From Microcoleus sp. (lineage in GTDB: Bacteria > Cyanobacteriota > Cyanobacteriia > Cyanobacteriales > Microcoleaceae): 64,000 nt of DNA. Under the pieces are notes generated by a model. That model was not told the DNA's origin and ran no database searches. It was given only the letters and a program-made list of their open reading frames with translations. Positions 41,111 through 51,891 of this stretch are shown piece after piece (the first letter of the stretch is position 1; each line of letters opens with the position of its first letter). The stretch spans positions 512,001 through 576,000 of the forward strand of contig JAYFMW010000020.1 in the NCBI GenBank assembly GCA_042408215.1, read 5' to 3'. The position numbers were made by a program, and so were the translations under genes.

Positions 41111-43015
41111 ATGAACTCAGCAGCAACACTCATCCAACAGCTACCAGAGCTCAGTGACGATCAACTCAAACAAAAATATTTAAAGCAAAAACAAGGAATG
41201 CACACTTTGGCGGAAATATTGCCCCTTGTTGAACAGGAAACTATGGCTTTGCGTGTAGTTAAATTAGCCATAAAAGTAAATATTAAATTAGGCGCAAAAT
41301 TAGCAGGGATGGTAAAGCCAGAGTTTCAAACAGCAACAGTAAAATTAATCGCAAACATCAAAACTTCGCCACTGCTGAAGATTCAACTGCTGGCACTAAC
41401 TTGTTCTGACACGGCAATTCCGATGCTGCTCAAAGGATTGAACAACAAAGAAATTGCAGTGCGCCGGAATTGCATTCGATCTCTAGGGAAAATAGGCTCC
41501 CAAGCGGCCGTAATTGAATTAGCCCGATCGCTCCACAGCGAAGATTCCCAAGTGCAGGCTTGGGCGGCTTGGGCCCTAGGAGAAATTGACTCGCAACCAG
41601 CCGCCGCCGCACTGCAAACAGCCCTCCAACACGAAGCCTCCGGCGTTCGCGCGTGGGCGGTTTGGGCCTTGGGAAAAATTAACCCCACAGCAGCCGTCAC
41701 CCCACTCCTGAATGCCCTCCAACACCAAGACCCGGAAGTGCGTTGGCGGGCGGCCGTCAACTGCGGGCGAATCAACATCAAAGAGGCAGTTCCCTGGCTG
41801 CTGAACGCCCTCAGAGACGAAAATCACATCGTCCGTGCTAGGGCGATTGCTGCACTGGCGAAAATCGGCGATCGAGTAGCAGTACCCCACATCATAGAAT
41901 TGCTCAACGATCCAGACTCCTATGCAGTCTCTTTGAGGGCTGCCGAAGCCCTGGGAAAAATTGGCACGGAAACAGCCCTAGCAGGTCTACTGAGGGCCCT
42001 CAACCATGACGACTCGACCGTGCGCGGGAGTGCAGTTTCTGCCCTGGGCGAAATCAGCAGCGAGGTGGCTGTGGTGGCGGTAATGCGATCGCTCTGCGAT
42101 CGAGACATTTTCGTGCGCGGCCGGGCCGCCGAAGCCCTTGGGAACATCAACACAGCCGGAGATGAGAACTTGCTGCGTACGATCGCATCAGGTCTGGCGA
42201 TCGCGATCGACGACAGCGAATCCTACGTGCGTTGGAGGGTGGCTGCTGCTTTCGGGCAAATTGGGACGACCGAGGCTGTAGCGGGTTTACAGCGGTTGCT
42301 GGGGGACGAAACCTCTGGTGTGCGCCACAGGGCTATAAAATCCCTCGGTCAAATCGGCTCGGCTGCTGCTATTTCAGCTTTGTCAGCAGCTTTAAACCTG
42401 GAATTTGCTGACAGTCGCGCCCAGGCTGCCCAACAGTTACAAAGCCTCGGCACTGAGGAAGAACCAGTTAATTTTGATACCGCAGCCTCCGCAGATTCAT
42501 CAGGTAGCAAACTGCCCAACATCTTAATTGCCTCGGAAGCCGAAGCCAACGAATACATTCTCGATCGCACTGCGGGGCGTAAGCTCAAATACATGATCTC
42601 GATCGCCAGTCCAGGCGTCGCCGAACCCAGAAGTTTTAACCAAGTTCCCAACCGACTGAGGCTGGAGTTTAACGACCTCGACACCCCCGTTGACGACCCC
42701 GATCGCATTTTGCCTAGCCTTGAGGATGTACTCAAAATTATCGACTTCGCCCTCAAAATGTCGCCACACTTCGGCTACGCTCAGTGCGACGCAACTGGGC
42801 AACTTGCTGTCTCTAGCCAAGAAGGTATCAGCCGTTCAACGGCTGTGGCTTTGACGGTTTGCGCTGCCGTTTTGGGCCGGGGCCAAGAACGGGAAGCTTG
42901 GGCGCTGGTGCTAGCCGCCAGACCCCAAGCTCGACCAAATCGGTGGATTGTTGAATTAGCAGATGAAGCTTTGGCCAGAGACGGTAAGTTAGCCTCCGCG
43001 ATGGATCAGTTTTGA
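41111..43015 (+). CDS. HEAT-repeat (PBS lyase-like) protein fused to a degenerate PTP/DSP-like domain
   Basis: About 10 VR..AA.ALG.I repeats. C-terminal MISI..P, LEF.D, GISRSTA and RPQARPN..IV...D..L motifs. Confidence 0.85.
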   Translation: MNSAATLIQQLPELSDDQLKQKYLKQKQGMHTLAEILPLVEQETMALRVVKLAIKVNIKLGAKLAGMVKPEFQTATVKLIANIKTSPLLKIQLLALTCSDTAIPMLLKGLNNKEIAVRRNCIRSLGKIGSQAAVIELARSLHSEDSQVQAWAAWALGEIDSQPAAAALQTALQHEASGVRAWAVWALGKINPTAAVTPLLNALQHQDPEVRWRAAVNCGRINIKEAVPWLLNALRDENHIVRARAIAALAKIGDRVAVPHIIELLNDPDSYAVSLRAAEALGKIGTETALAGLLRALNHDDSTVRGSAVSALGEISSEVAVVAVMRSLCDRDIFVRGRAAEALGNINTAGDENLLRTIASGLAIAIDDSESYVRWRVAAAFGQIGTTEAVAGLQRLLGDETSGVRHRAIKSLGQIGSAAAISALSAALNLEFADSRAQAAQQLQSLGTEEEPVNFDTAASADSSGSKLPNILIASEAEANEYILDRTAGRKLKYMISIASPGVAEPRSFNQVPNRLRLEFNDLDTPVDDPDRILPSLEDVLKIIDFALKMSPHFGYAQCDATGQLAVSSQEGISRSTAVALTVCAAVLGRGQEREAWALVLAARPQARPNRWIVELADEALARDGKLASAMDQF

Positions 43016-43059
43016 GCTGTCCGAGTGTCCGAGTGTCCTCCTATAGAGAATTGGGAAAA

Positions 43060-43158
43060 TCTTCCCTCTTCCCTCTTCCTGACATCCGTTACATCCGTTA
43101 CATCCGTTACATCCGTTACAGAATCCGTTGCCGAACTTCCTTCTTCCCTCTTCCTTCT
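43060..43158 (-). repeat. dispersed repeat with (ACATCCGTT)n core
   Basis: Reverse complement of the 13911-14005 element. Confidence 0.85.
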
Positions 43159-43523
43159 GCTATAGTTCGATCGACTGTCGCATTTGTGACATTCTGTAGC
43201 AGTCGTCGGGTGCTGAAACAAAAATCGTCAAGCGTCAGCCACCGTGCTGGCTGCGATGACTCCAAAGTTGAGGAATCGGGTGCATCGTCCAACAGACAAT
43301 ATCAGCTTTGGGTCACTCTCTGGGCAAAAGGCTAAGGCAGAATTTTCTGCCTATATTATTTCATGTTGGGAAAATTCATTGCCTGCATAAATTTTTCTTT
43401 CCTTTTATCTGGAGAGGACTTTTACAGGTCGAAAAAGAATTTGGCAACAGCCATCAGGAACCTAATTATCTATTAGAGTTCGATCGCATTTAAGTTTCTG
43501 CTATGAAATGACAAGAATAGCAG

Positions 43524-45614
43524 ATGCTTTGTCGGAGATGTCTCTTGAAAAATAGACCATGTTTTCCGTTTAGGGAACTTAAGAACGTGTTAGATTTTAG
43601 CAGAGTATGTTTTCAAAGAGAGCGGTTGCATATTTCCCAACTTAACTGGCTGACAAAAGCAGGTAATCAAGCCAGTGTATCGGTTGCAGTTTTGGCAATT
43701 CAGGGCGATTCGGAAGGAGAATTGCCACCATTAAACCAGCAGGCAAAACCTGTTGAAAAACCGGTTGCAACTCATGAAAAAAAACGAAATTTATCTGAAT
43801 GGAAGTCGCGCGATATTCCGCAAAATGCGGTGGCTGGGAAAACCGATCGCCAAAAATCAGCCGAGGATTCGGGAGGAAGCTACTTCTTAAAAAACCTCGA
43901 TATTTGGCAATCTAAAATCGGCAGTTGGGGCATTCATCAAAAAATTGGCAGCGGATATTTGCTGGCAATAGGAATCGGTTTTTTGGGTTCGCTGAGTGGA
44001 TTGCTAATCGCCGACTACCACCAAGGAGCAGGAGTAAAACAACTCAATGACGCTCACCGGCAAGCGCAATTGCTGGGCAATTTTAAAGATGCAGCGCTGG
44101 TGGCGCAATTGCAGGGATCGCAGCTAGATTCTTTTGTAGACAATTGGGCCCAACTGCAATTGCAAAAAGAGCTATTTGTCGGGAGTATTACTAAGGCGAA
44201 AAACCTGCGATTGCAAATAGAAAAGTTTGCCGACAGCCAACCCGCTTGGCTAGCAACAAAGCCTGAAAATCTCAAGGCTTTATTGCAAGATTGCACAGCA
44301 GATTTAGAATCCTACGCCGATACTCTCAAGTCTAGCTTGCAGCAAATCGAGCGATCCTCTTCGAGGGCTTCGCTAACGCAATTATCACCACCGGAGATAG
44401 AGTCAGCCCGAAAATTGCTCGCAATCGAAAGCGGATCGGGTGCACAACAACTCCACAGTCACCTTCAGGAATTGAGCAAAATCCTCGACATAGCCCAGCA
44501 GCAGGAAGAGCAAGGCGGTGAAGTGATGGAGGACGCGCAAGGAATCGAAAAGGCGATAATTATAATTAGTATGCTGCTGTCGGTAGCGGTGGCTGGAATT
44601 GTGGCTTACCGCACCAGTCGGGCGATCGCTAAACCTGTTATCAGCGTCACTCAGGTGGCCGAACAAGTAGCCGCCGAGTCGAATTTTGACTTGCGAGCCC
44701 CCGTCACCGCACAAGGCGAAATAGGCTCTCTGGCTGTCTCCCTCAATCACCTAATCGAGCGGGTTTCGGAACATACAAAAGAATTGGAACAAGCTAAGGA
44801 AGCGGCTTTAGCTGCTAGCACTGCTAAAAGCCAGTTTTTAGCAAATATGAGCCACGAATTGCGGACGCCTTTAAATGCGATTATCGGCTACAGTCAACTA
44901 CTTGCAGAAGATGCTGAGGATGGGGGATTTGATGATTGTGTACCAGACTTGCAGAAGATTGAAAAAGCAGGCGCGCACCTGCTATCTTTAATTAACGATA
45001 TCCTCGATTTGTCTAAAATTGAAGCGGGGGGGATGAAACTAGAAATCGAGGAATTTGACATCGAATCGCTGATTGAGAATGTGGCGAGTGCGGCGAAACC
45101 GTCCATAGAGAAAAATGGCAATGTTTTAGAAATTGAGTGCGATCGCACTGCGGGCACAATGCACACAGATTTTGGGAAATTGCGGCAGGTTTTGATGCAC
45201 TTGCTGAGTAATGCTGCTAAGTTTACCAAAAATGGCAGGGTGAAAGTCAGTGTCAGCCGCATTGTAGGAAGTGGAAAATTGAATTTAGGGCGATCGGCTA
45301 TTGATAATTCAATTGCTGCGGGTGAAACTCATTCTGTCACCATAGCTTGTCCTTTGCTGAATGTTCAAGAGTCGGATTGGATTTGTTTATCTGTTAAAGA
45401 TACCGGAATTGGAATGTCCCAAGCACAGCAGCACAAGTTGTTTGAAGCTTTTGTGCAAGCTGACTCTTCGGCAACGCGACAATATGGCGGCACGGGATTG
45501 GGGCTAACAATTAGCCGCTACTATTGTCGGATGATGGGCGGCGAGATTTTGGTGGAAAGTGAGGAGGGGAAAGGGTCTATTTTTACTGTGCGTTTACCGG
45601 CGGGAAATGGGTGA
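43524..45614 (+). CDS. membrane-bound HAMP-domain sensor histidine kinase
   Basis: Two TMs, [39 protein letters not shown]. Real start probably downstream of 43524. Confidence 0.92.
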   Translation: MLCRRCLLKNRPCFPFRELKNVLDFSRVCFQRERLHISQLNWLTKAGNQASVSVAVLAIQGDSEGELPPLNQQAKPVEKPVATHEKKRNLSEWKSRDIPQNAVAGKTDRQKSAEDSGGSYFLKNLDIWQSKIGSWGIHQKIGSGYLLAIGIGFLGSLSGLLIADYHQGAGVKQLNDAHRQAQLLGNFKDAALVAQLQGSQLDSFVDNWAQLQLQKELFVGSITKAKNLRLQIEKFADSQPAWLATKPENLKALLQDCTADLESYADTLKSSLQQIERSSSRASLTQLSPPEIESARKLLAIESGSGAQQLHSHLQELSKILDIAQQQEEQGGEVMEDAQGIEKAIIIISMLLSVAVAGIVAYRTSRAIAKPVISVTQVAEQVAAESNFDLRAPVTAQGEIGSLAVSLNHLIERVSEHTKELEQAKEAALAASTAKSQFLANMSHELRTPLNAIIGYSQLLAEDAEDGGFDDCVPDLQKIEKAGAHLLSLINDILDLSKIEAGGMKLEIEEFDIESLIENVASAAKPSIEKNGNVLEIECDRTAGTMHTDFGKLRQVLMHLLSNAAKFTKNGRVKVSVSRIVGSGKLNLGRSAIDNSIAAGETHSVTIACPLLNVQESDWICLSVKDTGIGMSQAQQHKLFEAFVQADSSATRQYGGTGLGLTISRYYCRMMGGEILVESEEGKGSIFTVRLPAGNG

Positions 45615-45904
45615 TGTGATGTTTGGGCGATCGATGTAGGGAGTACGCCGAGGGGCGAAAATTTATGTTTCAAACCTCTGGTTTTGTGTCCAAATGCTTT
45701 ACTCTTGTCATTGGGGGCGATCGCTCCGGGCGCGATATTTTATTTTTCCCAGATGCCTATTTAATTAAGTTTGTCTGATGCAGTTTGTTAGATTGTTTTC
45801 AGTATTATTGCACTATTTGCAGGCTTCGTCTATAATAATTATATATTGACATTTTGCAAATTTGTTAAAATAAAAAACGTTTATTTAAGGATGTGGATTG
45901 AGCC

Positions 45905-46492
45905 ATGATTAACTGTCTCAATGCTGCTCGCTACTTCATTATCAGAGCTTATGAAGATGGTCTAGAAGCTGAAATGACCAACATGAAAGTTCAGAAGCTT
46001 TTATATTATGCTCAGAGCTTGCATTTGGCGCTCTACAATGAACCATTATTTGAAGCAGAAATTCAAGCATGGCGCTACGGTCCGGTTTGTCCTCCTGCTT
46101 ATAAGTTCTACAGTGAGTTTGAGGCTCAACAACTACCAATTCCTCAGCAAGAATCCTTGTTGCAGCTTCCATCCCAGAAGAAGGAACTTTTAGAAGAAAT
46201 TTGGGAATACTTCGGTGGTTACCATGCTTATCGACTGAGTGATATGACTCACGGAGAATTTCCGTGGAAGAAAGCTCGTAAAGGTTTACCACCTCAAGCA
46301 AGTTCAACGGAGCCGATTCTGCTGAATGACATGAAAGAATTAGGTTATCAAAAGCTCGATCGCATTGAACGCGATCGACCTGAATACGAGCTAGCAATGT
46401 CTGAAACTGTGAATGATGCGTTTGCTTCGGAATCTTTAAATCGTATTGGTAAAGGAGAAGTGCATGACTGGCTCAACTCCCTTCTCGATTGA
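45905..46492 (+). CDS. Panacea (DUF4065/SocA/GepA) antitoxin
   Basis: TNMKVQKLLYYAQ, LF...IQAW.YGPV, LSDMTH.E.PW. Confidence 0.9.
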   Translation: MINCLNAARYFIIRAYEDGLEAEMTNMKVQKLLYYAQSLHLALYNEPLFEAEIQAWRYGPVCPPAYKFYSEFEAQQLPIPQQESLLQLPSQKKELLEEIWEYFGGYHAYRLSDMTHGEFPWKKARKGLPPQASSTEPILLNDMKELGYQKLDRIERDRPEYELAMSETVNDAFASESLNRIGKGEVHDWLNSLLD

Positions 46493-46841
46493 AGCATCCG
46501 ATAATTTCAAGCGTTCTTTCAAGAAACTTGCAAAAGTTCACAGAGATAGCTTTGTGGCGCTGATTGGAAAAACTTTGGAAGATTTGATAGACGATCAATA
46601 CCCCAACAACTCTCGTAATGAACCTCTACCCGGAAAAACTCAGTTACCGGAAGACTGGACATTTCATAAATTGGAAATCAGGTTGGCAAAAGGGGCTTCG
46701 GGGCAAATTAGATTGATGTACTTGGTTAACGCTACTACTTGCATAATTAGACTGGTTTGGATTTACAGTCATGAACAGTTTGCCAAACGCCCTGCTGATG
46801 CGGATCTAAAGAGTGTTATCAGAGAAATTCTAGATTTTTAA
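46464..46841 (+). CDS. probable RelE/ParE-like toxin paired with the Panacea antitoxin
   Basis: FKRSFKKL..., KLEIR...GASGQIRLMY...IYSH. AAGGAG RBS before ATG 46464. Overlaps the antitoxin. Confidence 0.72.
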   Translation: MTGSTPFSIEASDNFKRSFKKLAKVHRDSFVALIGKTLEDLIDDQYPNNSRNEPLPGKTQLPEDWTFHKLEIRLAKGASGQIRLMYLVNATTCIIRLVWIYSHEQFAKRPADADLKSVIREILDF

Positions 46842-47010
46842 GTGTATGTTCTAGTTGTCACGGTTGCTGATCGCGCACCCTCGCGTAGTGCTGATCGCGG
46901 TTCCTTGGGTGATGAAGGTTTTGGGGAGTCACCTGATTTTCCAGGCGGTGATGGGGCCCAAGGTGGTTGAATCAATGGGAACAGTAAAGTGTTCCAGAGA
47001 CGATTTAGCA

Positions 47011-47097
47011 ACATAACGGCTCAAATCAGCAGCGGCAGACAAACTCGAACTTAGCACAAGGGGCTTTCGTCCGTCCGCTGGATTTGAATTGTTATAT
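47011..47097. other. integron attC-like site (87 bp)
   Basis: ACATAAC ... GTTATAT boxes with internal pairing TCAAATC/GATTTGA and CAGCGG/CCGCTG. Confidence 0.7.
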
Positions 47098-47269
47098 ATG
47101 CAACCTTACAAGTATTAAGTGGCTGCTTCAAAAACCGTCTGCAAAGCAATTTTGTAACCCTCAAGACTCAATCATATTTTTACAACTTTTCGACAAGTTT
47201 CTCAATCACTTCATGGCATAATTTTCTTGGTTCTCGACTAATTTGGATATCCTCTCCATACAGTTGATA

Positions 47270-47296
47270 CCGTCCGCTCCAACAGCGTTGTTAGAT
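47270..47296. other. half attC-like site
   Basis: CCGTCCGCTCCAACAGCGTTGTTAGAT matches the right arm of the two full sites. Confidence 0.5.
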
Positions 47297-47331
47297 TCCC
47301 GACGGCTTTAACAAATCTTAACTTCTCACCC

Positions 47332-47363
47332 TTGACCTTATACCTTGATATAGGGTATAGGAT
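47332..47363 (+). promoter_or_regulatory. MerR-type promoter/operator
   Basis: -35 TTGACC, 20-bp spacer containing dyad TATACCT..AGGGTATA, -10 TAGGAT. Confidence 0.75.
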
Positions 47364-47395
47364 TAGTTTAATAGGTTGCAATGGAGCTATAGCAA

Positions 47396-47824
47396 GTGGA
47401 ACAAGTCGGTGAAGTCTCTCGTCGTTTAGGCCTCAATCCACAAACTCTATATTTTTATGAGCGCATTGGATTGATCCCATCTCCCCAGCGTAATGAAGCG
47501 GGCTATCGCCTCTTTAGCCAGCAGGATATGGAACGACTTGCCTTTATTTCTCGTGCAAAGTCTTTAGGGTTAAGTCTTGATGAAATTAAGGAAATTCTAG
47601 CGTTGAAAGATGGGCAATTACTCACCTGTAAAGCCGTCTATGACCGACTCAGCAAGAAAGTTCAGGAAATTGACGACAAGATTCGACAATTGCGATCGCT
47701 GCATGATGAGCTAGTGCCTTTGGTCGATCGTTGCTACGAAAATCTTCATACTTCTGACAATCAGTGCATTGTCTTTCATAAAACAAACGATGACCCACAG
47801 GGCGATCGCATCCGTTACAATTGA
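47396..47824 (+). CDS. MerR-family heavy-metal-responsive regulator
   Basis: TLYFYERIGL, R.EAGYRLF, AKSLGLSLDEI, three Cys in the C-terminal half. GTG start. Confidence 0.92.
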   Translation: MEQVGEVSRRLGLNPQTLYFYERIGLIPSPQRNEAGYRLFSQQDMERLAFISRAKSLGLSLDEIKEILALKDGQLLTCKAVYDRLSKKVQEIDDKIRQLRSLHDELVPLVDRCYENLHTSDNQCIVFHKTNDDPQGDRIRYN

Positions 47825-47847
47825 TTAAACATTAGAGGAACTTTGCC

Positions 47848-48090
47848 ATGACTACCATCAGAGTTGAAGTATTAGGAACGGGTTGCAAAAAATGTCAGCA
47901 ATTGGAAGCCAACGCCAAGGAAGCGATCGCCACTTTGAATTTAGATGCTGAAATACTGCACATCACTGACCCGATCGAAATCGCTAAACGCGGCGTGATG
48001 TCTACTCCCGCATTGACTATCAACGGCAAAGTTGTCAGCAAGGGAAAAGCGATCGCACCCGCAGAAATTCAGCCCCTCTTACAAGTCTAA
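47848..48090 (+). CDS. small thioredoxin-like protein (Thioredoxin_3)
   Basis: VLGTGCKKC, GVMSTPAL.ING. Confidence 0.9.
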   Translation: MTTIRVEVLGTGCKKCQQLEANAKEAIATLNLDAEILHITDPIEIAKRGVMSTPALTINGKVVSKGKAIAPAEIQPLLQV

Positions 48091-48106
48091 TAATTGGATA
48101 AAAACC

Positions 48107-49099
48107 ATGTTCGATCCGTTTTATCCGTTCGACTGGTTAGCCACTCAGATTGTGACTCGCCTCTTGGGTTTATCTGTAACATCTCACCTCGGAGCCAGCT
48201 TACATTTTTTCCTCTACGATGTACCCAAAGTTTTAACATTGCTGATTGTAATCAGTTTCATTGTTGGTACATTTCAAAGCTTTTTAGAACCCGAAAAAGT
48301 TCGGCATTGGTTAGAAGGAAAGCGCACCTTTGGCGGGAATATCCTAGCGGCTATGGTGGGCATCATTACACCGTTTTGCTCCTGTTCAGCAGTTCCTCTT
48401 TTTATCGGATTTTTGGAAGCAGGTGTTCCTTTAGGAGTCACATTTTCCTATCTCATCTCAGCACCAATGGTCAAGGTCGTGGCGGTGGTGTTGCTCTGGG
48501 GATTATTTGGGTTGAAGGTTACGCTTCTCTATATTGGCTTTGGCGTTGGATTGGCGATCGCCGCTGGATATACGATCGGATTACTCAAATTAGAAAAATG
48601 GGTGGAACCCTTTGTTTGGGAACTCCAAAAATCCCATCGAGTACAGGCTCAAACAGAGGAATTTGAATCTCCTCAGCTCACGGGTAAACAACGATTAGAA
48701 CAGGGATGGTTTCAGTCTCGTCAAATCGTGCAATCCGTTTGGCTTTATGTGGTCGCAGGAATTGCGATCGGTGCAGGAATTCACGGTTATGTGCCGACAG
48801 ATTTTATCACCCAATATGCGGGGGCTGGCAACCCCTTAACCGTTCCTATTGCTGTTGTTTTAGGTGTACCACTCTATGCCAATATTGCTGGTGTGATGCC
48901 GATTACTGAAGCACTGGTTAACAAAGGAATGCCCCTCGGAACTGTGTTAGCCGCCCCAATAGCCGTTACCGCTCTCTCATTACCTGAGATCGTCATTCTT
49001 AGAAAAGTTCTTCGCCCTCAACTTTTAGCTGTTTTCATCAGCCTCATGACTCTCGGCATCATCAGTATCGGCTACTTATTCAATGCTCTTCTTGCTTAA
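48107..49099 (+). CDS. ArsP/DUF318-family permease
   Basis: TPFCSCSAVP, GVPLGVTFS, GAGIHGYVP, GVPLY, ALSLPE. Start at ATG 48107. Confidence 0.9.
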   Translation: MFDPFYPFDWLATQIVTRLLGLSVTSHLGASLHFFLYDVPKVLTLLIVISFIVGTFQSFLEPEKVRHWLEGKRTFGGNILAAMVGIITPFCSCSAVPLFIGFLEAGVPLGVTFSYLISAPMVKVVAVVLLWGLFGLKVTLLYIGFGVGLAIAAGYTIGLLKLEKWVEPFVWELQKSHRVQAQTEEFESPQLTGKQRLEQGWFQSRQIVQSVWLYVVAGIAIGAGIHGYVPTDFITQYAGAGNPLTVPIAVVLGVPLYANIAGVMPITEALVNKGMPLGTVLAAPIAVTALSLPEIVILRKVLRPQLLAVFISLMTLGIISIGYLFNALLA

Positions 49100-49141
49100 T
49101 TGACTTACGCTGCATCACCTTGTAAAGCATCATCAGGAGTA

Positions 49142-50401
49142 TTATGGAAGCAGATCGGGAACTTTGCTATTCAGCAGCACCCAACTTTTGAATGGCTTTG
49201 TCTTTCCTTTAAGGTCATGAGTTCTGCAAAGCTTAACTTGAATTTGCTTACCTAACCTTTCATAGACAACATCTGAAATTGTGATTTCTCCTGCTGCGGT
49301 TGCGCCCTCTAGACGCTTTGCTGTATTCACAACATCACCAATCACCGTGTAGGTACGGACATCTTTACCACCAAATAATCCTTCCACCACATCTCCACAG
49401 TGAACCGCGCAGCCAGCCCCAAGCCCATAGGCAGAAAGAACCTCGCGTGCAGCTTTCTGCATGGCTTGGGCCGCAGAAACTGCCTGCTGTGGAGTCGCAT
49501 AAATCGCCATGATTTCGTCGGCGACAAGAGTGACACGTAACGGGTGGAAATTATATACTGCTGACTCAACCTCCTGATAGTAACTGTTGAGCGCACTGGC
49601 GATCGCATTTGGGTCGTTTTGCTCGCACCAATTTGTAAATCCGCGAATATCCATGAACAACACCGCGCGATCGCACCTTTGAAATTCCAATTCCTGCGGA
49701 TTCCTCACAAATGTGTCTACCGCATGAATCCCCATTCCCCACTCCGCCAAATTTCGTAGTAGTTTAGATGTTCGCATCAGCTCCTGCTGTTGCATCAAAA
49801 TTTGCAGCCGTTGGAATCCTAACAGTAGCCCAACTAACAAAAGACTGCTAGCCAGGAATAAATGGGTATTTTTTTCTGTAAACTGCTGAAGAGATTGTAC
49901 GATCGCCGAGTTACTTGAACTTTCACCTAATCTGACAACCAGGTAGAATGCCAGTAGCATCAGCATTCGCAGGATACTTTCCAGGGGTATTATCCAGCGC
50001 TCTAGTTTAGTTTTCCAGCGATCGCGAGCGCCCGCAAGGAGACTAATCGCCAGAGAAAACACCCAAAACACAATGTGGGATGGTTTTTCAAAAAAATTAC
50101 TTCCATCCACCGGCCAATCGACCATTGTGTAGAGACTGACACCAATCAAATTGCCAAATAGTCGGGATGGGCGAGAACCAGACAAATAGGCTGTTTGGGC
50201 GGACATTGCACCAATCAATAGATACTGCGTCGGGTCGGTGACATAGCTATACCAACCATAGAGTGCCACATGCTCCAAACTTTTCAGGATTAAAAAATGT
50301 CCACTGTTGCTGAGAAATTCGCTCAAAAAAGCTGTTAAGCGATCGCCATTTAATCTTGGTTTAAGATTAAGCTTCTGTAGAACCTTTGAGACTTTAGACA
50401 T
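49142..50401 (-). CDS. membrane-bound class III nucleotide cyclase
   Basis: Several TMs, then LFMDIRGFT, ADEIMA, VHCG.VVEG, YTVIGDVVNTAKRLE. Confidence 0.9.
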   Translation of the reverse strand: MSKVSKVLQKLNLKPRLNGDRLTAFLSEFLSNSGHFLILKSLEHVALYGWYSYVTDPTQYLLIGAMSAQTAYLSGSRPSRLFGNLIGVSLYTMVDWPVDGSNFFEKPSHIVFWVFSLAISLLAGARDRWKTKLERWIIPLESILRMLMLLAFYLVVRLGESSSNSAIVQSLQQFTEKNTHLFLASSLLLVGLLLGFQRLQILMQQQELMRTSKLLRNLAEWGMGIHAVDTFVRNPQELEFQRCDRAVLFMDIRGFTNWCEQNDPNAIASALNSYYQEVESAVYNFHPLRVTLVADEIMAIYATPQQAVSAAQAMQKAAREVLSAYGLGAGCAVHCGDVVEGLFGGKDVRTYTVIGDVVNTAKRLEGATAAGEITISDVVYERLGKQIQVKLCRTHDLKGKTKPFKSWVLLNSKVPDLLP

Positions 50402-50528
50402 ATAGACACAGGGAACCCATCTCCAAAACACTTAGCTATCATTATTGCACCCAGTATGTCAAATCTATCAATAGAGAAGCCTCAGACCCGCAAAACCGAC
50501 AGATTTCTATAAGCCGCAATAGACCTAA

Positions 50529-51891
50529 GTGAACTACCCACACTGACTTGGAGTACCAAGTACAGTGTCGGCTTCTGTACTCACAGGCGAATACCTCAAG
50601 ACAGACTTGCGTCCCCATGAAGGTCTGACATCCCCTCCTACAGCAGAAACGGCTGAACCATCCGTCTTTAGCATTCTGATCCCCTCTGCTCTAATATTGA
50701 TAGCTGCGTTTCCATCTCGGTCACGATCAGTACCACAATTAGGACAAGTCCATTCACGAACATCTAATGGCATCTCACTGACTTGATAGAAACAATTAGA
50801 ACAGAGTTTGGAACTGGGAAACCATCTATCAATCTCAACTAACTTAGCGCCTTTTCGTTCTAGTTTATAGGCTAAGAAATTACTAAAATTTCCCCATCCT
50901 GCATCAGATATTGATTTGGCAAATTTATGATTACGAACCATGCCTTTGACATTAAGATTCTCTACTATAACAGCTTGGCTATCGCTGACTAACTTATGAC
51001 TAAGTTTATGTAGAAAATCTTGCCGGGAATTACTAACTCGTTCGTATAATGCGGCAACAACTTGACGATATTTATTTCTGGATTTACTCCCCTTTTGTTG
51101 ACGCGCTAATTTTTTCTGTTGGCGTTTGAGATTTTTCTCATGTTTAGCAAGGTGTTTAGGATGATCGTATTTAGAAACATTTTCGCCATCAGTGACAACT
51201 GCAAAGTGTTTTAACCCTAAATCAATACCGTAAATCTTACCTTCTGAAACAGTCGGGTTTTCTCCTTCAATTTCTGTTAGGATAGATGCCAAATATTTGC
51301 CTGATGGTGTTTTACTAATAGTTACAGTCTTGATTTTCCCCTCAATTAGTCTATGTATTTTGGCTTTGACTATCCCAATCTTGCCAGGAAGTTTGACATT
51401 ACCATCAACAATTTTGACGTTTTGAGGGTATTGAATTGACTGTTTACCATGTTTAGATTTAAACTTAGGGAAACCTGCGCGTTGCTCAAAAAATTTTTTA
51501 TATGCTGTGGTTAGATTAAGTGTTGTAGATTGTAAAACTTGGCTATAACAATCAGCTAACCACAGCGTATCTTCGGCTTTTTTGAGCTTAGGTAGTAGGG
51601 CGTTGAGTGCTACCTGTCCCAGCCCTTTACCCGTATCTCGATCAACCTCAATGGATTTATTTAAGGCATAATTCCACCACCACCGCGAACATCCAAATAT
51701 TTGGGCTAGTAGTGCTTCTTGCAATGCAGTTGGATACAGACGGACTTGTACAGCTTGATGTAGCACTCAAGATCACCTCCTGGTCTGAATATCTTACTAC
51801 ATAATACTGAAAAAAGATTTGGTCAACTCCGTACCTACACCGCTCACCTGGGTACAGGTAGAGCGGGGGACTTCCCGGCGGTGTAAGTTAA
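50529..51891 (-). mobile_element. IS605-family element carrying tnpB only
   Basis: Right end GGTAGTTCAC (minus strand), left-end hairpin CCGCTC...GAGCGG near 51840-51870. No tnpA. Confidence 0.8.
50534..51766 (-). CDS. tnpB: RNA-guided endonuclease TnpB
   Basis: VRLYP, GFPKFKSK, RuvC GIDLG / VENL / DRDGNAAINI, CSNC..CPNC. Confidence 0.95.
   Translation of the reverse strand: MLHQAVQVRLYPTALQEALLAQIFGCSRWWWNYALNKSIEVDRDTGKGLGQVALNALLPKLKKAEDTLWLADCYSQVLQSTTLNLTTAYKKFFEQRAGFPKFKSKHGKQSIQYPQNVKIVDGNVKLPGKIGIVKAKIHRLIEGKIKTVTISKTPSGKYLASILTEIEGENPTVSEGKIYGIDLGLKHFAVVTDGENVSKYDHPKHLAKHEKNLKRQQKKLARQQKGSKSRNKYRQVVAALYERVSNSRQDFLHKLSHKLVSDSQAVIVENLNVKGMVRNHKFAKSISDAGWGNFSNFLAYKLERKGAKLVEIDRWFPSSKLCSNCFYQVSEMPLDVREWTCPNCGTDRDRDGNAAINIRAEGIRMLKTDGSAVSAVGGDVRPSWGRKSVLRYSPVSTEADTVLGTPSQCG

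Noticed and set aside
43012..43493. Small ORFs between the HEAT gene and the kinase
   Set aside because: They overlap a 9-mer repeat element and show no motifs.
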